A stretch of 64,000 nt of DNA from a virus, in IMG/VR virus record IMGVR_UViG_3300032083_001576, positions 3,013 to 67,012 of that record; one strand, given 5' to 3'. Shown here piece after piece: positions 38,878 through 47,859 of this stretch. A program made the position numbers and the translations under genes. The first letter of the stretch is position 1. Each line of letters begins with the position of its first letter. The notes under the pieces are model-generated. The model made no database searches. It had not been told where the DNA came from and saw nothing but the letters and a program-made list of their open reading frames with translations.

Positions 38878-39419
38878 TTTACCCCAAGATGATTCATCAA
38901 CTTATCCATTTTTTGCTCTAAGGTGTTTAATCTACCAATCAATGAATTTTGTTGGTTTTTTCTAGCTTCCCATTGTTGTTTTAATCTAGTCATTACATCC
39001 TCAACAGATTGAAGATTTGGTATATGATTATTTTCATCTTTCCACTTTGTATATGTTTGTTTCCATTCTTCTACAAGTTTTTCATCATCCCAATTTTGAG
39101 GTAATTGTGGTGGTGGTGATTTTGGTTTTGGTGGTTCTGAAATTTTTTCACCATCTGCCCACTTTTTAATTGTCTCTTCATCTCTTAAACCACAAATATT
39201 ATTTCCTGTTTCTGAATTAACTAAAAGTGGTGTGCCACATTTTATTTTAAATTTTTCTTCTATTTCTTTTTTAAATAATTCATTGGCTTTGTGTGTAGTG
39301 TCTAATTTGACAATATCATAACCATTGGAATTTAATTTATCTACAATTGGTTCTACTTTATTACAATAAACACAACCAACCGAGAAAAAATAATATAAAT
39401 TGGATTTTTCTTCTTTCAT
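38874..39419 (-). CDS. thioredoxin-fold protein with Pro-rich linker and coiled-coil tail
   Basis: CVYC active site, cis-Pro GTP motif. Confidence 0.75.
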   Translation of the reverse strand: MKEEKSNLYYFFSVGCVYCNKVEPIVDKLNSNGYDIVKLDTTHKANELFKKEIEEKFKIKCGTPLLVNSETGNNICGLRDEETIKKWADGEKISEPPKPKSPPPQLPQNWDDEKLVEEWKQTYTKWKDENNHIPNLQSVEDVMTRLKQQWEARKNQQNSLIGRLNTLEQKMDKLMNHLGVK

Positions 39420-39435
39420 AACCTATTTCCTTACT

Positions 39436-39831
39436 TTAAACTTTTTCTATTTTAAATATTCTTGTATTGATTTTATTCAATCCTTCCGAATTTGTTACCA
39501 TTAACATATTCTTAAAGTTTTCCCACGGCACCATAAATTTTGCATCCATAACACCATTGTTTAAATTTTTGATACATTCATTCAATGCATTGATGGTGTA
39601 CAATGTATTGGAATGTTTTTTTCTATGTAAGGAAATCGTTCCCTCTACTTTATTGTAATCAATTCCATCTTGTGTATCCACATTATAAGTACAGATTAAT
39701 TCATTTACATTGTTTTCATTTTGTAATACATATACTTTATTGAATATAATTGTATATGCATCTGTGATTTTCTTAATCGTATCATCAAGACTATCTTTTG
39801 TTGTGAATGTCGCTAGTAATTGTGATTTCAT
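39436..39831 (-). CDS. hypothetical phage protein
   Basis: 131 aa ORF, TAATG coupled; HRKKHSNTLYTINALN. Confidence 0.75.
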   Translation of the reverse strand: MKSQLLATFTTKDSLDDTIKKITDAYTIIFNKVYVLQNENNVNELICTYNVDTQDGIDYNKVEGTISLHRKKHSNTLYTINALNECIKNLNNGVMDAKFMVPWENFKNMLMVTNSEGLNKINTRIFKIEKV

Positions 39832-41432
39832 TATTGTGCCTTATAATGTGCTGATGACCAATCTGATTCTGATTTACCATATTTTAGTAAACCCACCATC
39901 ACTTCTTGTTTATCTTTTGCACTCAAGTTAGATATAATAGAACCTAAAATTACTGTTTGAAATCTAGCATTTATATTAGCTTTCATAGAATTTTCTTTGA
40001 TGTTTTTCTTTTTAGCATAATCATTTAATATCCTCATAAAGTCATCAGAACTTTTGAATGCAGCGTTCCAATCTCCATGTGTTTTAGCATAAGTAGCTTG
40101 TTTAATTTTTCCGTATGCTGTTTTAACTTTATTAAATCTACTTAATCCTTTTTTATTCCATTTAAAAGTTTTAGTTTTTTTATCGTAGTCAACACTAACA
40201 CCTTGAACTGCTTTAATTTTACTTAAAGTACCAGATTTAAAATCATCAATAACCGCCATAGCTACTTTACCTTGAACAGCCTGAGCACCTTTTGCAATTC
40301 CCTCACCTCTAATTGTCTCTGTGGCTTTAGCTTGGAATATTCTAAAGTTTAATCCTAAACCATCTAAATTAGTTCCACTGTAATCAAAAGTAACTCCTTG
40401 TGAAAACAATCCACCATATTTAACACCTAATTTTTTTAGTATGTATTCTTTTCTTTTATAGTCATTAACCAAACCAACAGAGCCTTTTCCTTTTTTCAAT
40501 GATACTCCAATGAATCCAGTACCTTTGTGAAGTGAATCAATTAAATAATTATTTAATTCAGCTAGTGTTTTAAATGTTGGTACTGATTGATATTCTAACC
40601 AAACATCTGCTGGATTCCATTTATCTAAATCTAATTTTCTACCATATTCTTGTTCATAAAGTTTTTTAGCTTGTTGATTTACACTTAAAGAAGAACCATC
40701 TTTGACATATTTTTTTGGTTGATTATTAGCACCCACTATTGATATAAATTTTTCACATTGTGAAACATGTGATTGATACCAATCATCATTGTTTTCTATA
40801 TAAGCTGCTAACCCAAGAGCATCTTTTTCATTCACACCATCAACTTTTCCATATATTTGTGAGTTAGATATAATACCTGAAATAAAAGCCTCTTTATCAG
40901 ATGGGTCTAAACCATACTGCATTCCACTTAACACTAACAACCACGATAACTCTTGGTCTCTTGTTTGATTTGCACCTCTACCACCAGTTACTGTTAGTTT
41001 AGCTAAGTGAATTTCATAATCGTGTCCATCGTGTTTCCATTGAAATAATGTATCTCTACCACTGGTATTATTACCTTCACCGGGTGAAAATTCTTTTATA
41101 TCAGTCACACCTTTAAATTGACTTTTTAAAGCTTTAACAAAATCTTTTGGTTCTAAATCACCATATATTTTTGTTTTAACAGTTCCTTGTTGTTCTAAAT
41201 CTTTGTGTTTTTTCAAAACATCTAAAACACCTTGTTTACTTAATTTTTCAGTTTGTTCATTTATTAAATTATTAATAACTTGATAAATCACGTTATTTGG
41301 TAAATTCAAATCTTCCATTGATTCACGAAGTTGTTGAATGTGGTTTACATTTTTTGGATTAGGCATTCCATCGTGAACACGATATGCCCATTCTACTAAT
41401 ATATCTTCAATGATTTCTGAAATATGTGTCAT
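39831..41432 (-). CDS. putative PD-(D/E)xK endonuclease with N-terminal leader domain
   Basis: QE...KWNPADVW...GVSLKK restriction-endonuclease-like core. Confidence 0.55.
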   Translation of the reverse strand: MTHISEIIEDILVEWAYRVHDGMPNPKNVNHIQQLRESMEDLNLPNNVIYQVINNLINEQTEKLSKQGVLDVLKKHKDLEQQGTVKTKIYGDLEPKDFVKALKSQFKGVTDIKEFSPGEGNNTSGRDTLFQWKHDGHDYEIHLAKLTVTGGRGANQTRDQELSWLLVLSGMQYGLDPSDKEAFISGIISNSQIYGKVDGVNEKDALGLAAYIENNDDWYQSHVSQCEKFISIVGANNQPKKYVKDGSSLSVNQQAKKLYEQEYGRKLDLDKWNPADVWLEYQSVPTFKTLAELNNYLIDSLHKGTGFIGVSLKKGKGSVGLVNDYKRKEYILKKLGVKYGGLFSQGVTFDYSGTNLDGLGLNFRIFQAKATETIRGEGIAKGAQAVQGKVAMAVIDDFKSGTLSKIKAVQGVSVDYDKKTKTFKWNKKGLSRFNKVKTAYGKIKQATYAKTHGDWNAAFKSSDDFMRILNDYAKKKNIKENSMKANINARFQTVILGSIISNLSAKDKQEVMVGLLKYGKSESDWSSAHYKAQ

Positions 41433-42710
41433 TTATAACCTTTCCGTAATGTCTTGCATTTCACCATAGTTTAAACCCATTTTTGATTTGGTGTAAAAAT
41501 AAGGTTCTGTATCACCTGGTACATCGGTTTTAACTTCTAATATTCTTTTGATTTCTTTCAAAGTTTCAACTCCATCTTGTTTTGAAAAATCGAATAGGAA
41601 ACTATCGTATCCGTATAAAACCAATTTAGTCTTTTTGTTTAATAAATATTCTTGAATTAATAAAATCTTTCTAACATTCAATTCTGTTTCTAATGCTTGA
41701 ATTAAATAATTAAATAATTTATTTTTATTCAAATCATCATAATTTTCTAATATTATTCTCCGTCTATAAATATCAGTTAAAATGTATTTATTTTGATTTA
41801 TTTCATTCCATTTGTCATTTATATAATTATATGTTTTATCAAAAAATGGAACTTTTTCTCTTGTTTGTTTGTCAATTCCACCATATAATAATTGGAAACT
41901 TTTTTGTTTTGATTCCTCATATGAACATTCATAATGTTTAGCCAAGTGTTCGTGAACTGATTCTTTACCAAAATCATATTTAACCAATTGTGAAATTATT
42001 CTTAAATGGTATGCATCATAATCCATTTCAACTAAATAATCATTTTCAGCCACTATAGCTTTTCTCTTTTCAGGTGGTAGAGCTGCAAAGTTAACCGTAC
42101 CAAATGAATTACTTGGACGACCTGTTGTTGTCCATAGATTGTAATTTGAATATAATTTTTCATTCGATATATGTTTTCTTACTCGTTCATCAAATATGTC
42201 ACATATGTCATTTGATACCTTTACACCATTTTTTTCAATACTCCAAAACGCTTCTGTGAAATCATTCATATAATAATCATCAGTATGTCCAGCTTCATAA
42301 GGTATATTGATTTCATTAAAAACATCGTTACAATACTCATTATGTTTAGATAATGGTATGATTTCGTTAAGTTTTTTTACATTGTAGTATTTGTTACTCA
42401 AGAAATCTATTGCATTATTACGAATATTGTTCTCAAATGGTTTACCTGTATTTATCCAATGTAAGAAATTCATATCCACAACATTATTGAATTTATAAAA
42501 ATGATTCAATAGTTTTTTATCACGAGTTAAAATCATATAATCATTTAACCACTTGTAATCTTCCATCATTTTATCTGAATCAGGATGGTGTTGGATTAAA
42601 AAGAATGGTTCTTTTTTAGATATTTCTTTACACCATAGAGCGGATAATACATTATCTTTATGTAATGGATGTAAGAATGGTTCTTTAAATATTGGAATAA
42701 TACAATACAT
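41433..42710 (-). CDS. atypical family A DNA polymerase (short)
   Basis: TTTGRPSN, motif A DYDAYHLR, motif B KQKSFQLLYG, NYLIQ, motif C YDSF. Confidence 0.85.
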   Translation of the reverse strand: MYCIIPIFKEPFLHPLHKDNVLSALWCKEISKKEPFFLIQHHPDSDKMMEDYKWLNDYMILTRDKKLLNHFYKFNNVVDMNFLHWINTGKPFENNIRNNAIDFLSNKYYNVKKLNEIIPLSKHNEYCNDVFNEINIPYEAGHTDDYYMNDFTEAFWSIEKNGVKVSNDICDIFDERVRKHISNEKLYSNYNLWTTTGRPSNSFGTVNFAALPPEKRKAIVAENDYLVEMDYDAYHLRIISQLVKYDFGKESVHEHLAKHYECSYEESKQKSFQLLYGGIDKQTREKVPFFDKTYNYINDKWNEINQNKYILTDIYRRRIILENYDDLNKNKLFNYLIQALETELNVRKILLIQEYLLNKKTKLVLYGYDSFLFDFSKQDGVETLKEIKRILEVKTDVPGDTEPYFYTKSKMGLNYGEMQDITERL

Positions 42711-42718
42711 CGTATTAC

Positions 42719-42747
42719 AATATATAACATTTTATTTAAAAAAACAA
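42719..42747 (-). promoter_or_regulatory. early-type promoter AAGC-TTGTTT-N17-TATATT, near-leaderless
   Basis: Variant of the repeated motif; -10 ends 8 nt before the ATG, no SD. Confidence 0.6.
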
Positions 42748-42756
42748 GCTTTTTTT

Positions 42757-45700
42757 TTAAAATATCTTTTGGGGGTCCTGTAATGGTATTGGAAAATCAA
42801 AATAAGGTAGTATGTTTATATCATCTGTTATGAAAAAAGTTTCCCCTCTAATTACAAAAAAATATTCTTTTTCATCTTCAATTTGAATAGCTGGTGGATT
42901 ATGAAATGCATTATTCAATGTGCTAGTTCCAGGATTTCTTTCATAACCTCCACCCCTAGAAGTTTTAGCTGTCCATTTGTATACTTCATTTTCATATTCA
43001 GTGCCTATAATTTTTTGGAAACTAGGGTCTTGAACATAATATTGTGCATTGTCAAATTTTGCATTCTCTGGTTCTGAATCAAATATATATTTCATAGTCG
43101 CTGTGGAAGTAAATGAAAGAACTAAATTAATATGTTCAAAACCAACTCCCATATCTTTCACTTTTATTCCTGTCATATATGGAAGAAAGGAACTAAGTTG
43201 AAATTGTGCGTTGTCTTTAGAGACACCCAACAATTCCCATTTATTTTTAATACCTAAATTATTAAGAACCTTTGGTGATAAAAATACAGTTTCTCTATCA
43301 ACGTGTAAATAATTTTTTTGTTTTTTATCACTTAATATTCTGTATTGTGTATCCAATGAAGTATACCAACCATCTGAATTTATATTATGAGTTACTTTCA
43401 TTGTTTGTAAAAATGTATTTTTAAAATGTTGTTTTGGTAAATAATCTACTCTAAAAGTATCACCTGGTTGAACTGAACCAATTCCATAAGTGCTTAATGA
43501 TAAAGTGTATGGAAGTAAATTAGGTCTTGTTTTTAAACTAATTTCTTGTATTTCTCTTAATCTATAATACTGTTTAAAATTAGTTACTACTTTCATACCC
43601 ATTAGTTCTAAAATTTCAACATTTTTTTCTATTTGTTTTTCTTGTTTTTCTTTTTGTGTTTCCGCTTTAGTTTTATTTTTTTCTTCTTCTCTTTTTGATT
43701 CTATGTTTCGAGAAACAGCGGAGGTATCCAATATATCTTCCGTATTTCTTATAGCAGATGTTTTATAAATGTTATTGTCAAGTAAATATTTAGCACCGCC
43801 ATAAACATCAAAAAATTGTGATTCTTTGTTATTTTTTGAATCAATTTGCATATTTCTATAACCACCATTATCTGGTTGGTAAATAATTGAAAGTGAATCA
43901 TCATCGAGAGAGTTAATAGCGATGGCGTTATCAACCATGTCTGATGTTGGGAATACTTTATTCTGATGACTCATACCTTGTATTGCATACATGTTTCCAA
44001 TGTTTCCTTGTGGTAGTTTAAATTCTAAATTATAATCTTTTATAATTGAGTTTGGTGACATTATGTTAAATACAAACATATTTTGAAATTGTTCTCTCTC
44101 GGCCTTTTCAATGTCCTCTTGTGTTTCTACCACACCCGAGTCTAATATTCTTTGATTAATATCTGGACGATTATTGTCAACAATTAATAACTCAGAATCT
44201 GTTTCTCCAAGTGTAATTTTCCAATCAAACACACCATCACTGTCATTGTTTATATCTGATAACATATCATTTAATGCACTTCTTACGTTTTTATTTCTTT
44301 GGAAAGCTTTGGTAACTATTTCTACATTAATAAAAACTTCACGAATTGGTATTCTTTGTTTTGATATATCTATGGGGTCGTGAAAATCACTCCCATCATA
44401 ATGAATTTTAGGATATTTTTCATTAACATAATTATAAGAACCATCACCAAATGAAGTATCATCACCGGGGTCTCCATCACCCCACCATTCAGGATATAAA
44501 AACACAGGTGGTTCTTCAGGAACTACAGCTAATGTTCGTTGTCTTTCTACGAATACTTTATCCCAAGTTGTAAATTGATTTGATGAATCCATTCTAACTT
44601 GTAGATTATTACCTTGATTAATATCATCACCATCATTTCCAAAACCAAAATTAGCATTAATAACAATATCCTCAATGAATCCCCAACAAACATAAATATC
44701 ATCAGCCTCTGGACTATTAACAAAAACACCAGTTCTAATGGAGTTATTACTTGGAGTTAAATTTTGTGAACCTAATGCTTTGTAAGCTTCGTATTCTACA
44801 CTATCTTGGTAATTTTGTATATCAGTGGCTGATGATTCTTGATTAGGTGTATTTTGTCTTAAAGCTACTGTATCTAATGCATCATCACTTATTGGTGTTC
44901 CTTCTGCAACATCTTGAAGAGTGGCTTCAAGACCTAAAAATAAAGTTGAACGATTCAATACATCATCAATGTGTCGTTTCATCACATCATCTAATCCAAA
45001 GTCCAAAAGTGCACTGTTGGCAGATATTAATGTAACGGAACACTCCACACTACCATTGGTTGTAACTTTTGCACTGTAATCAACCACAATACCTTGTAAT
45101 ACTTCTAAATCACCTTGATATTTAGCAACCTCACCGATGTTTTCAATGGATTCTTCAACTTGATTTCCATCCACATCTTCATATCCAGGTATAACATTTG
45201 ATTCATATAAAAATTTTTTAATATCAGGTGCATCGATTAATTTTTGTGGATTGTATAAATTTTTAACACTACTGTGACCAAAATCTACAAAAACAGTAGC
45301 ACCTGGTTTTAAAAAATATCTATTATAAATTTTATCAAAGTCTTCAAAATTATGAACTGTAAAGTTAACAACAGTTCTTTTTATTACACCTAACGTGCCT
45401 TCTGTTTCTGATGTTACGGATGTGATACCAGCCTGTGGTTTTAACAATGGATTGTTTTGTAATTCTACTGGAAAGAAATCACCTGAATCTGGACCACCTT
45501 GATTAATTTCATCTGCTTGATTGCTTTCATTTGGTTCAACTGAACCATAACCTGTTTGATAATTGTAGTCACCAACGATATATAGTTTTGATGCGTAATC
45601 AACAGCTGCTCTAGCTCCTACAATGTAATAATTATCTTGTCCATTTTCATCTCGTAGTCGAGTGATTCCAACTTGTATGTGATTTTCTCTTAATTGTCTT

Positions 45701-46011
45701 ACTCTCTCTATTCCTTTACGTTGAGCAACTTTCAATCTAGTGTCTTCATTCATTCCACTATAAGCTGGACCAAGTTCAATTTTTTCTAACATTTGGGCTA
45801 CTCCAGCAGGTTCAATTAATTTAACACTCGTCCACATTCTAACAAATGGTGTTCTTGATGATAAATCAGCTTGATTGTTTCCATCTTTATCAGGATAAAC
45901 AGCCTCAATGGAATCACCAAACGCTACTTCACCTGCAACTCTTTGTCTATCTTCAAGTTTTTTTCTAACTTGGCCTGATATTGGTGAACCAAATATTCTT
46001 TCATTTATCAT
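42757..46011 (-). CDS. large baseplate hub / tail-associated protein
   Basis: 1084 aa after baseplate genes; C-terminal GI...PGDTFRVDYLP...VTHNI..W.T pattern of gp27/VgrG-like hubs. Confidence 0.6.
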   Translation of the reverse strand: MINERIFGSPISGQVRKKLEDRQRVAGEVAFGDSIEAVYPDKDGNNQADLSSRTPFVRMWTSVKLIEPAGVAQMLEKIELGPAYSGMNEDTRLKVAQRKGIERVRQLRENHIQVGITRLRDENGQDNYYIVGARAAVDYASKLYIVGDYNYQTGYGSVEPNESNQADEINQGGPDSGDFFPVELQNNPLLKPQAGITSVTSETEGTLGVIKRTVVNFTVHNFEDFDKIYNRYFLKPGATVFVDFGHSSVKNLYNPQKLIDAPDIKKFLYESNVIPGYEDVDGNQVEESIENIGEVAKYQGDLEVLQGIVVDYSAKVTTNGSVECSVTLISANSALLDFGLDDVMKRHIDDVLNRSTLFLGLEATLQDVAEGTPISDDALDTVALRQNTPNQESSATDIQNYQDSVEYEAYKALGSQNLTPSNNSIRTGVFVNSPEADDIYVCWGFIEDIVINANFGFGNDGDDINQGNNLQVRMDSSNQFTTWDKVFVERQRTLAVVPEEPPVFLYPEWWGDGDPGDDTSFGDGSYNYVNEKYPKIHYDGSDFHDPIDISKQRIPIREVFINVEIVTKAFQRNKNVRSALNDMLSDINNDSDGVFDWKITLGETDSELLIVDNNRPDINQRILDSGVVETQEDIEKAEREQFQNMFVFNIMSPNSIIKDYNLEFKLPQGNIGNMYAIQGMSHQNKVFPTSDMVDNAIAINSLDDDSLSIIYQPDNGGYRNMQIDSKNNKESQFFDVYGGAKYLLDNNIYKTSAIRNTEDILDTSAVSRNIESKREEEKNKTKAETQKEKQEKQIEKNVEILELMGMKVVTNFKQYYRLREIQEISLKTRPNLLPYTLSLSTYGIGSVQPGDTFRVDYLPKQHFKNTFLQTMKVTHNINSDGWYTSLDTQYRILSDKKQKNYLHVDRETVFLSPKVLNNLGIKNKWELLGVSKDNAQFQLSSFLPYMTGIKVKDMGVGFEHINLVLSFTSTATMKYIFDSEPENAKFDNAQYYVQDPSFQKIIGTEYENEVYKWTAKTSRGGGYERNPGTSTLNNAFHNPPAIQIEDEKEYFFVIRGETFFITDDINILPYFDFPIPLQDPQKIF

Positions 46012-46013
46012 TT

Positions 46014-46283
46014 TTAAAACCCTTGAGCGTCTTGTGTAGTGGCTGGTATTCTAAGTGATGTTCCTGCTGGTATGTTGTTTGTGGTTAGATTATTAGTTCG
46101 TGCTATGAACCACCATAATGATGAATCACCATAAAACCTTACGGCTAAATTATCACATCTATCACCTTCTTGTGCAATGAAATAACTATCACTATTTTTT
46201 TCTTCTACTTTTTTATAAACAGTAGTAGCATAATATGATTTTTTATTTTTTATTGGTTTTTTTGTATTTTCGTATCTAGCCAT
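46014..46283 (-). CDS. LysM-like baseplate wedge protein (gp53-like)
   Basis: GDRCDNLAVRFYGDSSLWWFIARTN...LRIP. Confidence 0.85.
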   Translation of the reverse strand: MARYENTKKPIKNKKSYYATTVYKKVEEKNSDSYFIAQEGDRCDNLAVRFYGDSSLWWFIARTNNLTTNNIPAGTSLRIPATTQDAQGF

Positions 46284-47859
46284 TTTGATTTATCCCATAA
46301 AATGTTGTACCTAATCTTGGAGCTCTGTCGTGAATCACTTGGTATCCAATCGTTGCATTAACGTGTCTTGGAACTCTTTTACCAACTGCTGTTTCATACG
46401 TTGATGAATTGTCAACTGCGTAAGATATAGATTTTATATATCCTAATTGTTCTTTATTTTGTTTTCCAAACAATTCACCCATTCTTAATTTTGTTAATGG
46501 TGGTTTCATTCTATTACCATATCCATCTTCACCCTCATTTATGTATTCAGGATAACACAATGAAGTTAATCTATCCATTTTTTTATAAATCATTTCCAAT
46601 TCATCAGGTGTTTGTGCGACTAATTTTAATGTCATTGAAATTTCTCTTTCAGCTCTTTCATAAGTCCAAACAGGTTCACTTCTTCCAATGTAATTATGTG
46701 GAGCATAAGATGGTGAAATGTTTTCTGTTAATCCTTCAATGTATGCTCTGAAAAATATATAAGTATTGTCTCTTAAATCTTTGAAGTAAAATGGCATTCC
46801 ATTTTCTATGGATTCAACATTAGTTGATACTGGGATGTCACTTACCACTCCATTTTCATCCAATGGTACTGTAAATGAACCTTGAGGGTCTAATTCAACT
46901 CCTTGAATCATATCCGCTAAAGTCATTTTATCACCTGATTTTACTATTGGATTTCTAGTCTTAAGCCCACCAGCTATTGGAAAATTAGTTCCAACATCAA
47001 CAATCGCCTCTTGTCTATTAAAAAATGATAAATTTATATTTGGAAGTGAACCTAAATTATCAGGATATTGAGATTCAAAATCACCCAATAGATTTGGAAA
47101 CAACGTATCTTTTCTTATTTTAAAATTAGGTGTTGTTCCAGTTAATCTTGCTGCAGCTGCACCTATACTTGATAAAGGATTGTAAAATGGAGCATGCCTT
47201 TGTGGAGATTTTCCGATAGCATAATTATTACCAGAATCATCAGTCAATGGATATTCACTTTTTGAAATTAAACCTAATAAATTTTGTCTAGCAACGAATT
47301 GAAGACCTGCAGGTGATGATGTAAATTTACCTAATCTAATCGCATCAGTTATGCCTCTGATTATTGGAACTTCTCGACTACCCGCGTTTTGAATCACACT
47401 ACCAATTTTACTTACGATATAAGGTTCACCAGCACCTAATCCTAAAAATGGACTTCTACTAAAACTAAATAAATTCGCATCTTTATTACTACTTCTAATA
47501 TCTAATTTATCTCTGTTAACATTAGGGTAAGATATTGGAACTATTCCTTTGTGTCCTGGTTCATCAAGTGGTGTGTGGTCTGAATTATAAAGTTTGTCCC
47601 AACTTAAACCATCAAGAAAAGATTTACCACCAGTTATACCTTGTGGGTCAAATGGTAAATTCAAAGGTGTGAATGGTAATTGATTATTTCCAACAGCTGT
47701 TGAGAAATCTGTTGGATTTGTTGCAATGAATCTTGTTGGTTGAGGTGGTGAATCAAACAATTGTGTCCCATTTCTACTAATGATTATATTTGATGAAAAA
47801 TCATCAATACTATCAGTCAAATCATCTTCAAATACACTTTTTAAATTCTCTAAACCCAT
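46276..47859 (-). CDS. baseplate / tail-tube initiator-like protein
   Basis: FRAYIEGLTE...YIGRSEPVWTY...REIS tube-fold motif; follows tape measure. Confidence 0.65.
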   Translation of the reverse strand: MGLENLKSVFEDDLTDSIDDFSSNIIISRNGTQLFDSPPQPTRFIATNPTDFSTAVGNNQLPFTPLNLPFDPQGITGGKSFLDGLSWDKLYNSDHTPLDEPGHKGIVPISYPNVNRDKLDIRSSNKDANLFSFSRSPFLGLGAGEPYIVSKIGSVIQNAGSREVPIIRGITDAIRLGKFTSSPAGLQFVARQNLLGLISKSEYPLTDDSGNNYAIGKSPQRHAPFYNPLSSIGAAAARLTGTTPNFKIRKDTLFPNLLGDFESQYPDNLGSLPNINLSFFNRQEAIVDVGTNFPIAGGLKTRNPIVKSGDKMTLADMIQGVELDPQGSFTVPLDENGVVSDIPVSTNVESIENGMPFYFKDLRDNTYIFFRAYIEGLTENISPSYAPHNYIGRSEPVWTYERAEREISMTLKLVAQTPDELEMIYKKMDRLTSLCYPEYINEGEDGYGNRMKPPLTKLRMGELFGKQNKEQLGYIKSISYAVDNSSTYETAVGKRVPRHVNATIGYQVIHDRAPRLGTTFYGINQNG

